DNA of 64,000 bases, taken from an uncultured Clostridia bacterium. GTDB lineage: Bacteria; Bacillota; Clostridia; Christensenellales; UBA1242. Both the position numbers and the translations under genes were made by a program. Under the pieces are notes generated by a model. It worked only from the letters and a program-made list of their open reading frames with translations, searched no databases and was not told the origin of the DNA. The stretch covers positions 224,104 through 288,103 of the forward strand of contig CALWNC010000001.1 in assembly GCA_944382715.1 (NCBI GenBank), written 5' to 3'. Of the stretch, positions 30,297 through 40,439 are shown one piece after another. Every line of letters starts with the position of its first letter. The first letter of the stretch is position 1.

Positions 30297-30591
30297 GATG
30301 TTAAAACAGAATGAAATTTATGTAATTCAATTTGATTATTCAACAGAAGAAACAGATGGTGTTGATTTATATTTGTTTAGAAATTTTGATACAGCATTTG
30401 CTAAATTCAAAAACATTATAAAAATTGAAGAAAAATTTTATAAAGATAATTATTCTAGTTATGAAGAAGATTTTGAGTTAGATACAAATATAGATGACGA
30501 TAAAGCACTTGAATATTATTGGAATTATAAAGACAAACAAAACTATTATGTTCACACATTTTTAGATTTAAAAATTAAGGAGATAAACTAA
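30289..30591 (+). CDS. hypothetical acidic protein
   Basis: 100 aa. Overlaps the upstream stop. Confidence 0.45.
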   Translation: MDKMLKQNEIYVIQFDYSTEETDGVDLYLFRNFDTAFAKFKNIIKIEEKFYKDNYSSYEEDFELDTNIDDDKALEYYWNYKDKQNYYVHTFLDLKIKEIN

Positions 30592-30818
30592 TGAAAAATA
30601 TAAAAGAGATTAGACCTTTACTTAGTGCTATTTATTGCATTAATAGATTAGGAAGTAAAGATGAAGATATTGAAAAAATTTGTAACTATGCTTTTAAAAG
30701 ATTAATGGATTGTAATACAAACTTATTAGCATTGGGTTGTATTGGAAGAATAAAAGAAGATGCAATGAAAGAAATAATGCAACTATTAAAGGAAGAAACA
30801 AAATATATAGGAGAATAA
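30591..30818 (+). CDS. hypothetical protein
   Basis: 75 aa. The ATG overlaps the upstream stop (TAATG). Confidence 0.45.
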   Translation: MKNIKEIRPLLSAIYCINRLGSKDEDIEKICNYAFKRLMDCNTNLLALGCIGRIKEDAMKEIMQLLKEETKYIGE

Positions 30819-31055
30819 ATGAAGATAAATTTAAACAATCCGTATGGATATAAAGTGTGTTATTCGTTGCCAAAACGAAAAAGAAAATTAATAGAATGTA
30901 TACATACAAATACTTATGGTTTAGCTCAGTTTGAAAAACGAAGATATGAAAAATATTCAGAGAATAATAACAATCCATTGTATCGAGCAACCTGGTATAT
31001 AGTACCTATTAAGAAAAGAGAGTATAACAAAATATGGGGAAATTGTCCGTTTTAA
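30819..31055 (+). CDS. hypothetical basic protein
   Basis: 78 aa. RBS GGAGAA. Confidence 0.45.
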   Translation: MKINLNNPYGYKVCYSLPKRKRKLIECIHTNTYGLAQFEKRRYEKYSENNNNPLYRATWYIVPIKKREYNKIWGNCPF

Positions 31056-31068
31056 TAACGGACTTTTT
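31045..31068 (+). terminator. intrinsic terminator
   Basis: GTCCGTT ttaat AACGGAC followed by TTTTT. Confidence 0.6.
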
Positions 31069-31102
31069 CTTTATTAAAAAAATAAAAATTAGGAGGTAAA
31101 AA

Positions 31103-32044
31103 GTGATTAAGTTAAATCTTGAAACAAAGAATAACGAAGAAGAAAAAGTTAAAAATTATTTAGAAGAAAATGTAAGTGAAGTGCTTGTAGAAAAAATAAT
31201 TAATGGTGTGAAAATAATTAAAGAAAATAAGACTTTAATTAGTAAAAAAGACCTAAATAATTTTATGAAATATGCAGCCAATGAAGCTAGAAAAAGTGCT
31301 GTTAATAACTGTGCAATTATAGAAGATGAAGTTGTTTTTGGTTGGGCAGTCCACTACTTTCAAGAAGACGAAATTGAAGGTATTTTATATAACGAAGATG
31401 GGTCTAAATTTGAACCTAAAAATGAGATAAAAAAGCAGGTAAAAAATGAAAATAAAATAGAAGAAATTAAACCTAAAAAAGAAGAGAAAAATAATTATTC
31501 TTTATTTGATTATATTACAAAAGAAGAACCAGAAAAAGTGCAAACCATAGAAAATAAAGAAATTAATAAAATAGAAATATTAGAAGAAAAAGAGTGTAAA
31601 AAAGTGCAATATAGTGAAAATAAAGCTGAAATTAATGCAAATATAAGCGATTTTGCACTAAATAATGCAGTTTTACCACAAACACAAGAAGAATTAATTG
31701 AAATGAAAAATTTAATAAATGAGATAAATTCTTTTGAAGACTATAAAGATGAGCTTTTTGATGATGATAATTATATTCCAAAAAATAACACATTAAATTA
31801 CACAATTAATACAGATACAGGCGAAGTAATTAGAGTTAAAAAAGAGCTTACAAGAGAAGAAAAATTAGAGCAAGAAATTAACAGGAATTTAGGTGATTTT
31901 GAAGAAGAAAATAATAATAATTTAGAAAATAATTTTAATGAAAATTCAGAAGAAAATTGTGAGATTATTTATAAAAATATTGATGAAGATTTTAATAAAT
32001 TAAATGCACTTTTGGAAAATAAATTATTGCTTGCAGGAGGTTAA
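31103..32044 (+). CDS. PcfK-like protein (N-terminal domain) with Glu/Lys/Asn-rich tail
   Basis: GTG start after AGGAGG. The N-terminal ...FMKYAANEARKSAVNNCAIIEDEVVFGWAVHYFQEDEIEG matches my recollection of PcfK-like (AcrIIA9-related) proteins. It lies adjacent to PcfJ. Confidence 0.45.
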   Translation: MIKLNLETKNNEEEKVKNYLEENVSEVLVEKIINGVKIIKENKTLISKKDLNNFMKYAANEARKSAVNNCAIIEDEVVFGWAVHYFQEDEIEGILYNEDGSKFEPKNEIKKQVKNENKIEEIKPKKEEKNNYSLFDYITKEEPEKVQTIENKEINKIEILEEKECKKVQYSENKAEINANISDFALNNAVLPQTQEELIEMKNLINEINSFEDYKDELFDDDNYIPKNNTLNYTINTDTGEVIRVKKELTREEKLEQEINRNLGDFEEENNNNLENNFNENSEENCEIIYKNIDEDFNKLNALLENKLLLAGG

Positions 32045-32045
32045 A

Positions 32046-33362
32046 ATGTTAGATAGAAATTTTAATAAACCTATTCCAAAATATATGTTAAATTTAATAA
32101 AAAAGACAGATAAAAAATGTTATAAATACCCAAGCAGTGTAAGAAGATTTTATTCATATTTTACTAAGTATAAAGGTGAACTTATTAAAGTTACTGTTGC
32201 AGTAAAACATAAGAATAATAATTGGTATTGTAAACAAGTTGCAGTTCACGGAATAGATTCAGAAAACTGTTTACTTAAAGATTTAGAATATTCATATATA
32301 TTTGGCTATTGCGTTGGTTGGTATAGTGAAGGAATTGCAGATAGAAAAAAGAACTATGAAACAGATTATTGGTGCTATGCAGAAGATAAATATTATGACC
32401 CATTTGCTCCTGTTTTAAATAAAGAATATATATTAAAACAAGAAGAGTTCAAATACTCTGCAATAGACAAATATTACTTTGAAGATGTAATGAAATATTT
32501 AAAATTATATAGAAAATATCCACTTGCAGAAATGTTAGTTAAGCTAGGATTATCTAAACTTGCAACAAGTAAATCTATATTAACTAGGCTCGAAAAAGAC
32601 AAGAAATTTAGAAAATGGATTGTTAAAAATAATACTATTTTAATGAATCATTATTTCTATATTAATGCAATAATTAGTGCTTATAAAGGAAATAAAGATT
32701 TACTAACAACACAAAGAATAGAAGAGATAAAGAAAAGATATATAACTGATAAAAACTGCAAAATTATTAAAAATTATATAAAAACAAGCGAATATTTGGC
32801 ACTTTGTGAGTATTTAAGCAAACAAAATGCAGATTTATACATTTATGAAGATTACCTTTCAGCGTGTGAAAAATTAGGTTTAGATTTAAGTTTAAATAAA
32901 AATAAATACCCTAAAGAATTTATGAGATGGCACGATATAAGAATAGATGAATACCATACAAAAAGGGCTTTTGAAGAAGAGCAAGCAAAGAAAGAATTAT
33001 ATACACAATTCTCTAATATTGCTAATAAATATTTAACACTTCAAAGGAACTTAAAAGATGATTTTGTAGTAATAATTGCCAAGAGTCCAACAGATTTAAT
33101 ATTTGAGGGGGAAAGATTAAATCACTGTGTAGGTAGAATGAATTATGATAAAAGATTTATAAGAGAAGAGTCTCTTATATTTTTTATTAGAAACAAAAAT
33201 AGTATTGATACACCATTTGTAACAATGGAGTATTCACTCAAAAATAAAAAGATATTACAATGCTATGGCGACCACGATTCTAAACCAGATGAAAAGGTTT
33301 TAGATTTTGCTTATAAGGTTTGGTTACCTTATGCCAACAGAAAAATAAAGAAAATAGCTTAA
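32046..33362 (+). CDS. PcfJ-like protein
   Basis: ~438 aa. The C-terminal EGERLNHCVGRMNYDKRF...FFIR signature is typical of the PcfJ domain. The ATG at 32046 follows GGAGG. Confidence 0.6.
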   Translation: MLDRNFNKPIPKYMLNLIKKTDKKCYKYPSSVRRFYSYFTKYKGELIKVTVAVKHKNNNWYCKQVAVHGIDSENCLLKDLEYSYIFGYCVGWYSEGIADRKKNYETDYWCYAEDKYYDPFAPVLNKEYILKQEEFKYSAIDKYYFEDVMKYLKLYRKYPLAEMLVKLGLSKLATSKSILTRLEKDKKFRKWIVKNNTILMNHYFYINAIISAYKGNKDLLTTQRIEEIKKRYITDKNCKIIKNYIKTSEYLALCEYLSKQNADLYIYEDYLSACEKLGLDLSLNKNKYPKEFMRWHDIRIDEYHTKRAFEEEQAKKELYTQFSNIANKYLTLQRNLKDDFVVIIAKSPTDLIFEGERLNHCVGRMNYDKRFIREESLIFFIRNKNSIDTPFVTMEYSLKNKKILQCYGDHDSKPDEKVLDFAYKVWLPYANRKIKKIA

Positions 33363-33373
33363 AGGAGAAAGAT

Positions 33374-33616
33374 ATGGTTTATTTAACAAAAGATTATGTT
33401 ATGAAAGAATTTGAAAGTAGAGAAAAAGCACTTGAGCATATTAAGAAAGATTTAGACCAACATAATTTAAGTTATAAGCTCGTATATAGAGATGTGCAAG
33501 AAGATGTTGAAATTTTAATATTTCAATATTGGACATTATATATGGAGTTTTATATTATTCACAAAGAAATAGATTTAAGAGAAACAAGGAGTAAATTTTA
33601 TGAAAAATTATTTTAG
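33374..33616 (+). CDS. hypothetical protein
   Basis: 80 aa. RBS AAGGAGA. Confidence 0.45.
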   Translation: MVYLTKDYVMKEFESREKALEHIKKDLDQHNLSYKLVYRDVQEDVEILIFQYWTLYMEFYIIHKEIDLRETRSKFYEKLF

Positions 33617-33908
33617 AATTACAGGTTACTGGAAAGATGAAAATTTAGGATTTATAGTAGATTCAAATGGTATGTTTGAAAAGTTATGGCAGTTTAGTAG
33701 CTTTTTAGTATGCAAAGGAATTGAAATTTTAGAAGTGTCTAAAGAAGATAAATTTATAGATGTAACAACAGAAAAATTTGAAGAAAATAAAGATAAAATA
33801 TATTTGCAAGCAATATGCAAAGGTAGACCAGAACGCATAGAAAAAATAGATAAAGGAGTTCTTTATAGAGCTATTAAAGTAGATGATAAGAGTTATATAC
33901 TTAAATAA
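33600..33908 (+). CDS. hypothetical protein
   Basis: 102 aa. RBS AGGAG. Confidence 0.45.
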   Translation: MKNYFRITGYWKDENLGFIVDSNGMFEKLWQFSSFLVCKGIEILEVSKEDKFIDVTTEKFEENKDKIYLQAICKGRPERIEKIDKGVLYRAIKVDDKSYILK

Positions 33909-33956
33909 AATGATAAAAATAAATTTTATTATAATTCAAATTTTAATGGATATTAA

Positions 33957-33990
33957 AAAGCATATTAGAGTACTCTAATATGCTTTTTTA
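33957..33990 (+). terminator. intrinsic terminator ending first island operon
   Basis: AAAGCATATTAGAG / CTCTAATATGCTTT followed by TTTT. Confidence 0.8.
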
Positions 33991-34036
33991 CTTTGTTTTA
34001 GATTCTCATTATTTGTTCGTTTTTATTGTTTAAATA

Positions 34037-34069
34037 AAGATTAGAGTAAATTAGAGTAAATTTGAATTA
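34037..34069 (+). promoter_or_regulatory. 33-bp conserved promoter-like element, copy 1
   Basis: AAGATTAGAGTAAATTAGAGTAAATTTGAATTA is identical to 41707-41739. It contains the tandem TTAGAGTAAA x2. Confidence 0.6.
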
Positions 34070-34150
34070 AACTTAAAGATAGGTAATGTAACTATCAAAA
34101 ATCAAAGGAGGGAGTCTTATGATATTTTATTTAAAAGGAGAAAAAAAAGT

Positions 34151-34747
34151 ATGGAGGGTGAAATTTTAACATATTTTAAGGGATACTCACCAGAAGTCTT
34201 ACTCATTGCTTTAGGTTCATTTATTCTTACTTACATAGTTAAGAAACCAATTAAAATGGCAACAAACGATTTAAAGGAAAATATAAGAGAAGTTGTAAAT
34301 GTGCTGATAATGTTTATACCATTAATCTTATCATTTCTAGCAACATTATTTTATAATGGGATTGTAACTGGCGAGTGGTTATCTTTAAGAGTGATAGATG
34401 ATGCCTTAACATCATGGCTTTTATCTTTAACTTTATATGCAATAATATCAAAAACTTTAATACTTCTAATAGGGTTAAAAAGTGGAAAAATAACTATTAA
34501 TTCCACTGAAACAAAAGAGATATTAACTGATATAAATAAAACGGTAAAAATAGCAAAAAAAATATCTTCAAAGGATAAACGAGAACTAAAAAATATAGCA
34601 AAAAAAATAAAAACATTAATATCATCAAGAGATCTTTTATTAAAAGATTCAAATAACATAGATTTAACAAAAGTATCAGTATTGAATCAGGAAATAAAAG
34701 AACTCCAAAATCAAGAAAAAGAAATAAAAAATAATTTAAATATTTAG
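34151..34747 (+). CDS. holin-like membrane protein (3 TM + charged coiled-coil tail)
   Basis: 198 aa. Three hydrophobic segments lie in the first ~110 aa, followed by a Lys/Glu-rich C-terminus. It is immediately upstream of the Rhs gene. Confidence 0.4.
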   Translation: MEGEILTYFKGYSPEVLLIALGSFILTYIVKKPIKMATNDLKENIREVVNVLIMFIPLILSFLATLFYNGIVTGEWLSLRVIDDALTSWLLSLTLYAIISKTLILLIGLKSGKITINSTETKEILTDINKTVKIAKKISSKDKRELKNIAKKIKTLISSRDLLLKDSNNIDLTKVSVLNQEIKELQNQEKEIKNNLNI

Positions 34748-34756
34748 GAGGAATTT

Positions 34757-37700
34757 ATGTATAAAATTACTGATAAAGAAAGTTGTTTTACAGTAACAAC
34801 TCAAAATGGTTCTACATATATTAATTATACGCCGAGCTTTTATGGTAAACATCTAAAAATTATTCAATCTGTATTAGTTTTTGATGTTAGCAAACTTGGA
34901 AGTAAAAAAACATTTGATGTGTATGTGAATAACCAAATCATTGATAAAATTAACATTACAAATAATGATAACGTACAAAAAGTATGTATTAATATCACAG
35001 ATGAAGTAAATGATGCATTACTAAATAATACACAAACAGTAAATGTTGAGTTAAGAAATGTTAGCAATTCAATAACAAAAACAGGAATGGAATGCTTAAA
35101 TGAATATATTTTATCTAATCAATGGCTGCCAAATAATGCATATCAAGAAGTTTCTGTTAGAAGAGCTGGTAATTTAAAAATTAATTTAGCAACTCGTGAA
35201 TACAATCTTGCTCATAATGACGTTACTACAAAAAGTAAAGTTCTACCAGCAACAATTACACATATATTTAATTCATTTAATATTGATAGCGATTGTGATA
35301 AAGTTGAAGTTAATGGTGAAGATATTCAACTTCCAAGAAGTAAATGTGGAAATGGTTGGAAATTAAATTGTCAACAATATCTCGTGAAAGAAAGACTTAA
35401 TAATTCATTTGTTGAAAATGATATTTCAGCTAATTACACTTATATAAAAGACGATGGAAGTCATGTATTATTTCAAGAAAAATATTTTTATAAAAATGCA
35501 AATAATGAAAAAGTCTATTTGTACCCTACTCAAATAGACATTCATTTAGATAAAACATTACATTATACTATTAATAATAAAACTTATGATGTTGAATCTG
35601 AAATTATAACAGATTCAGATTATAATTTAGTTAGTAAACTTGAGGGATTCAGTGGATTAGATTTAATTGACAATGATGTTGAAGAAATTCAAAATTTAAA
35701 AAATCAAATTCAAGAATTAAAAGATGCTTTAAATTCTAATGAATTAACACCAACTCAAGATGAAACATACCAAAATTTATTGACAAAACGAATTTTTGAA
35801 TTAAATGAATACGAAAAACAAATTCCAGAAATCTTTATTGAAAATAAAGATGGTTCAATCTTTATGGGTTTTGCAAGATTTAAAAATGATTCCCTTTCTT
35901 CAGCAGATAACTTAAATAAAAGTAATGATATTTATCGACTTATTGTAATTGCTGATAAATATGATAATGTAATCTACATTAAATATAATGACAATGCCGA
36001 TAATTATTTAGATTACAAAATTGATAGTGTAATTGATACTGATAATAATATAGTATCTTTTAAATATGATGAAAAAGATATGTTAAAAGAAATTATTGAT
36101 GATAAAGGTAATGCTTTAACATTTAATTATTTGAATACTAATTCAAATTTCTATTTATCAAATATTACTTATCCTAATGGATTAAAATCTGAGTATAGTT
36201 ATAAAGATTTATTAACTATTTTAAAAATTACTGATTATTCTGGATATTGTATAGAAGTAATAGATTATAGTGCTTCTAACAATTTTACCGTAAAAGAAAA
36301 ATCTAAATATGAAGAATATAATGAAATTGCAAAATTAAATGTAAATTCAGATGGTGTTGTAGAAGAATTGTCTAGAACTAAGTCAAGTATTAATTTTTAC
36401 GATTATAAATCAACAACAGTAAGCGATAGATTTGGAAACTCAAAAACCTATATTTTTGATGTGTATGGTAAACCAGCAATAATATATAATGGAAATTTTA
36501 ATAAAGAAACACCTGACCAAACAAAATTAAACTCCTTATCATATACCTACTCTGATAATAAAATTTCAAAAGCAATAAAAAAATTCAACAATGCTAAAAA
36601 TTTATTAAATGTTTCAACAGAATCTTATGTTGGAGATGATGTATATATGGGAGATGATATATATGCATCTCTTACAGAAACTATAGATTCAACAATTTAT
36701 GAAATGCAAGATACTAATAAAATATATAGTAAACAATTAGATAGTAGTATTATCCAATTAATGACAGAAAGAAGTGGTTGTTTTGTTTTTTCTGCTTGGG
36801 CAAAAGCAGATTCAGCTTATATTAATAAATATGATGATTTAGATTCATACAATGAAATTGAAAATGTAATTTTATCTAATTTAGATTCAAACAAAAAATC
36901 AAGAAAATTTGAATTAAGAGCAGAGATTAAATATACAGGCGAAAACGAAATATATTCGTCATCTAGTTCATTTGATTGGATGCAAACAGAATGGCAATAT
37001 TGTGAAGTACCTATCACAATAGATAAAACAAAAACAGTTGAAAATATTACATTATATCTTGATTATAGTGAAAATACAGGTAATTTAAGTTACTTTGGTT
37101 TATCTTTAAAAGAATGTATGATTGAAACAAATAAATATGATAATAACAAATTATTAATTGAATCACATAACTCATATTATGATATTAAAACAACATATGA
37201 ATATAAAGATAAAAAACTTATAAAGACAAGTTTTACATATAATGGTAAAGATTATGTAAGTAAAAATTATTATAATACACAAGGTTCTTTAATTAAAAGT
37301 ATAGATTATAATGGAATGGTTGAAGAATATGAATACAATGATAAAGGTATAGCAGTAAAAACATGTTCTTATAATATTTTAGACCCTACAAGCAAATTTA
37401 TTGTTTCAAATAATTATGATGAGAAAGGTGTCGAAGTAGGAACTATTGATGAATTTGGTGAAAAATCTCAAAATTATGAATACTCTGAAAATGGCAATTT
37501 ATTAACAGGTATCATAGATAAAAATGGAGATAAAATGGTTTACGGATACAATCCACAAACTGAAGATTTAATGAGTATTAGCACAAGTGTAAATGATGAA
37601 GAAAATAAAAATACATTTGGATACACATTAGGATTATTGACAAGAATTTCTCATAATGATTTTAATATTGATTACACTTTAAATCCTTATGGTGAATTTG

Positions 37701-39883
37701 AGTCTGTCTCAATTGCTGGTCAAAAAATTCTATCATTTTTAAATGCAGAAATTCAAAACTTTCATCATTATTATTATCAAAATTTTGATATTGTTTATAA
37801 ATATTTTGATGATCAAAAAAGGATTACAAAAATAAGATGCGAGTTAGAAGATATTCTTCAAAACGAATACGACACAAATGATAATATTATTTCTCAAACT
37901 GAAACAATTTATGATGAAAATAATCTTTATAATTATGGTTATGATGAAATGGGTAACAAAACCTATGAATGTAAAACAAGAACTGGAACTGAAAATGAAA
38001 AAGAAATAGAAATTGTTACTAAATACAATAAATTCAATAATGTCTCTCAAGAAACAATAACAATTGAAGATGACGGAATTCTCAATTATAATTATCAGTA
38101 TGATGATACTTTTAATAATAAATTACAATCAATTGAACTTCCAAATGAATTATTACAAAGTGTTGAATATGATAGTTTAAATAGACTTAATTTTATTAAT
38201 TATGGAGATAAATTTAGTAAACAAGTTAACTATGTTAAAAGAGGCGAATATTGCTCAAATTTAGTCTCAACTGTAAGATATGGTAAAAACTCTAATTCAG
38301 ATAGTTATTTAAAATATATTTATGATAACAAAGGTAATATTGTTAAAACTCTCGAAAACGGTAGAGAAATTGTAAGATATTCTTATGATTCCCTATCAAG
38401 ACTTATAAGAGAAGATAATAAAGAACTTAAACAAAGTTATTTCATTGAATATGATAAAGGTGGAAATATCATAAGAAAAAGAAGTTGCACTTATACATTA
38501 AAGTCTTTAGATGAAATAGAAGATAGTGCTTTAAGTGAAAATATGTATATTTATCCTGACAGTGGTTGGAAAGATCAATTAATCAGTTTTAATGGTGAAG
38601 AATGTAAGTATGATGAAATTGGAAATCCTAAAACTTATCGTGGTAAAAATCTTACTTGGGGTAAAGTTAGAAATCTAGAAAAAATTGGAACTACAATTAA
38701 TTATAAATATAATGCAAATGGTATTAGAACCAGCAAAAAAGTAAACAATGTGACAACAAAATTTTATCTAAAAGGTAATAAAATAGTTGCACAAGATGAT
38801 GGAAATAAAGTATACTTTCATTATGGAGTAGATGGATTAGTTGGTTTTACTTATAGAGTGTCTGATACTGATATTAGAGAATACTACTACAAAACAGATA
38901 TTTTAGGCAATATTATTGGCATTTATGATGAAAATATGAACCTAATCGTTAAATATATTTATGATGCTTGGGGAAATCATAAAACATATGTTCTTTGTAG
39001 TAATAATTATATTGAAATAACAACATCTAACACAACAACAGAGTTTAAAAATAATAAAACTATTGCCCTACTCAATCCATTTAGATATCACAGTTATTAT
39101 TACGATGAAGAGTCTAAACTCTATTATCTAAATAGCCGTTACTACGACCCAGAAATTGGAAGATTTATTAATGCTGATGATATTAGTGTTTTCGATACAA
39201 CAAAATCCGTTATTAATGGTTTAAACTTATTTGCATATTGTGGTAATAATCCAGTTATGTATACCGATCCTAGTGGACACGCCTTTATTTCTGCATTATT
39301 AATTAGTATTGGTATTGCTGCATTAATTGGAGGATCTACAGCTGGTGTTAGTGCTTATCAATCTGGCAAACATGGATGGGATTTAGTATCTGATATTGCT
39401 GGTGGAGCTATATTTGGAGCAGCTGTCGGAGCTACTATCTCATTAGGTGGAGCGGCGGGCTTAGCTGCCACTGGAGTTAGTGTAGCTGGATTTGGATTAT
39501 CCACAAGTGTTTCTTTAGGAATATCTATTGGAGCCACTGCAGTTGCCGGTATGGCTAAGTATTCACTTAATTGTATTGCTTCAAATGAGAATGATTGGAA
39601 TTTTGGAGGCTTTATTTTATCAGGTATAGAGGGAGCATTACAAGGGGCTTCAACATTTGGTTTTGCTTTTTTTGGCGGAAAATATGGATTGTTTAATAAA
39701 TTAGGAAACTTTAAAACTGCTGATGCCTTTTATATTAATCACGGTGTAATGAATGTTTTAAGTTCTGTATTTTGGGGATCAAAAGTGTTAATTGGAGAAA
39801 CATTTTCAAAAGCACTTTTTGTAAGTGGTTTTGCTTCTTTAGTAAGATGGTTAATTGATTTAATGATTCCAAATTTATATTAG
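34757..39883 (+). CDS. Rhs/YD-repeat polymorphic toxin with Gly-rich membrane-active C-terminal domain
   Basis: 1708 aa. Many YD repeats (YEYNDKG, YIYDNKGNIV, YDEIGNP...). Rhs core: YYLNSRYYDPEIGRFINADD...NPVMYTDPSGH (39266-39280 encodes DPSGH). The 200-aa CT (39281-39880) is full of GxxxG/A zippers. No signal peptide, LXG or PAAR motif seen. Confidence 0.85.
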   Translation: MYKITDKESCFTVTTQNGSTYINYTPSFYGKHLKIIQSVLVFDVSKLGSKKTFDVYVNNQIIDKINITNNDNVQKVCINITDEVNDALLNNTQTVNVELRNVSNSITKTGMECLNEYILSNQWLPNNAYQEVSVRRAGNLKINLATREYNLAHNDVTTKSKVLPATITHIFNSFNIDSDCDKVEVNGEDIQLPRSKCGNGWKLNCQQYLVKERLNNSFVENDISANYTYIKDDGSHVLFQEKYFYKNANNEKVYLYPTQIDIHLDKTLHYTINNKTYDVESEIITDSDYNLVSKLEGFSGLDLIDNDVEEIQNLKNQIQELKDALNSNELTPTQDETYQNLLTKRIFELNEYEKQIPEIFIENKDGSIFMGFARFKNDSLSSADNLNKSNDIYRLIVIADKYDNVIYIKYNDNADNYLDYKIDSVIDTDNNIVSFKYDEKDMLKEIIDDKGNALTFNYLNTNSNFYLSNITYPNGLKSEYSYKDLLTILKITDYSGYCIEVIDYSASNNFTVKEKSKYEEYNEIAKLNVNSDGVVEELSRTKSSINFYDYKSTTVSDRFGNSKTYIFDVYGKPAIIYNGNFNKETPDQTKLNSLSYTYSDNKISKAIKKFNNAKNLLNVSTESYVGDDVYMGDDIYASLTETIDSTIYEMQDTNKIYSKQLDSSIIQLMTERSGCFVFSAWAKADSAYINKYDDLDSYNEIENVILSNLDSNKKSRKFELRAEIKYTGENEIYSSSSSFDWMQTEWQYCEVPITIDKTKTVENITLYLDYSENTGNLSYFGLSLKECMIETNKYDNNKLLIESHNSYYDIKTTYEYKDKKLIKTSFTYNGKDYVSKNYYNTQGSLIKSIDYNGMVEEYEYNDKGIAVKTCSYNILDPTSKFIVSNNYDEKGVEVGTIDEFGEKSQNYEYSENGNLLTGIIDKNGDKMVYGYNPQTEDLMSISTSVNDEENKNTFGYTLGLLTRISHNDFNIDYTLNPYGEFESVSIAGQKILSFLNAEIQNFHHYYYQNFDIVYKYFDDQKRITKIRCELEDILQNEYDTNDNIISQTETIYDENNLYNYGYDEMGNKTYECKTRTGTENEKEIEIVTKYNKFNNVSQETITIEDDGILNYNYQYDDTFNNKLQSIELPNELLQSVEYDSLNRLNFINYGDKFSKQVNYVKRGEYCSNLVSTVRYGKNSNSDSYLKYIYDNKGNIVKTLENGREIVRYSYDSLSRLIREDNKELKQSYFIEYDKGGNIIRKRSCTYTLKSLDEIEDSALSENMYIYPDSGWKDQLISFNGEECKYDEIGNPKTYRGKNLTWGKVRNLEKIGTTINYKYNANGIRTSKKVNNVTTKFYLKGNKIVAQDDGNKVYFHYGVDGLVGFTYRVSDTDIREYYYKTDILGNIIGIYDENMNLIVKYIYDAWGNHKTYVLCSNNYIEITTSNTTTEFKNNKTIALLNPFRYHSYYYDEESKLYYLNSRYYDPEIGRFINADDISVFDTTKSVINGLNLFAYCGNNPVMYTDPSGHAFISALLISIGIAALIGGSTAGVSAYQSGKHGWDLVSDIAGGAIFGAAVGATISLGGAAGLAATGVSVAGFGLSTSVSLGISIGATAVAGMAKYSLNCIASNENDWNFGGFILSGIEGALQGASTFGFAFFGGKYGLFNKLGNFKTADAFYINHGVMNVLSSVFWGSKVLIGETFSKALFVSGFASLVRWLIDLMIPNLY

Positions 39884-39897
39884 AAGGGTTGGTTTAA

Positions 39898-40341
39898 ATG
39901 AAAATAAAAAAAAATTTTTTTCATGTAATATTCTTTAGTTTATTTTTCGAGTTAATAAGTATTATTCTTGTAACTATAGGATTTTTCTTAGGATTTGAGA
40001 TAAATAAAAATAATATTTTAATTTATTTATTAATAATTATATGCATTATTTTTTTGGGATTTATTATATGTTGCGTGTATTTTTTATTTTGCAAAACATA
40101 TTATGAGTTTACAAATAATTCTATAAAAATAACAAGAAAAGATAATCTTGTTAAAGAGATTAATTATAATACAATAATTTATTGTGAATATTATAAGTTT
40201 ATTACTTTATTATGGGGAGATTCTAAAGGTGGTAAATTAATGGTTTATTATTTGGAAAATGATATAGAAAAAAACATAGAGATATCTTTTTCTAAAAAAC
40301 TAACTAAAAAGTTGGTTATTAAAAATATTTATATAAAATAA
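39898..40341 (+). CDS. putative immunity protein (membrane)
   Basis: 147 aa with 2 TM segments. Directly follows the toxin gene. Confidence 0.55.
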   Translation: MKIKKNFFHVIFFSLFFELISIILVTIGFFLGFEINKNNILIYLLIIICIIFLGFIICCVYFLFCKTYYEFTNNSIKITRKDNLVKEINYNTIIYCEYYKFITLLWGDSKGGKLMVYYLENDIEKNIEISFSKKLTKKLVIKNIYIK

Positions 40342-40439
40342 CAACATCTAACACAACAACAGAATTTAAAAATAATAAAACTATTGCCCTACTCAATCCA
40401 TTTAGATATCGCAGTTACTATTATGATGAAGAATCTAAA

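Noticed and set aside
28834-33908. Conjugative element (ICE) suggested by ArdA, PcfK and PcfJ
   Set aside because: No VirB4, VirD4/FtsK-type coupling protein, relaxase (other than the HUH Rep) or T4SS membrane components appear in the island. The leading-region analogy is kept only as a hypothesis.
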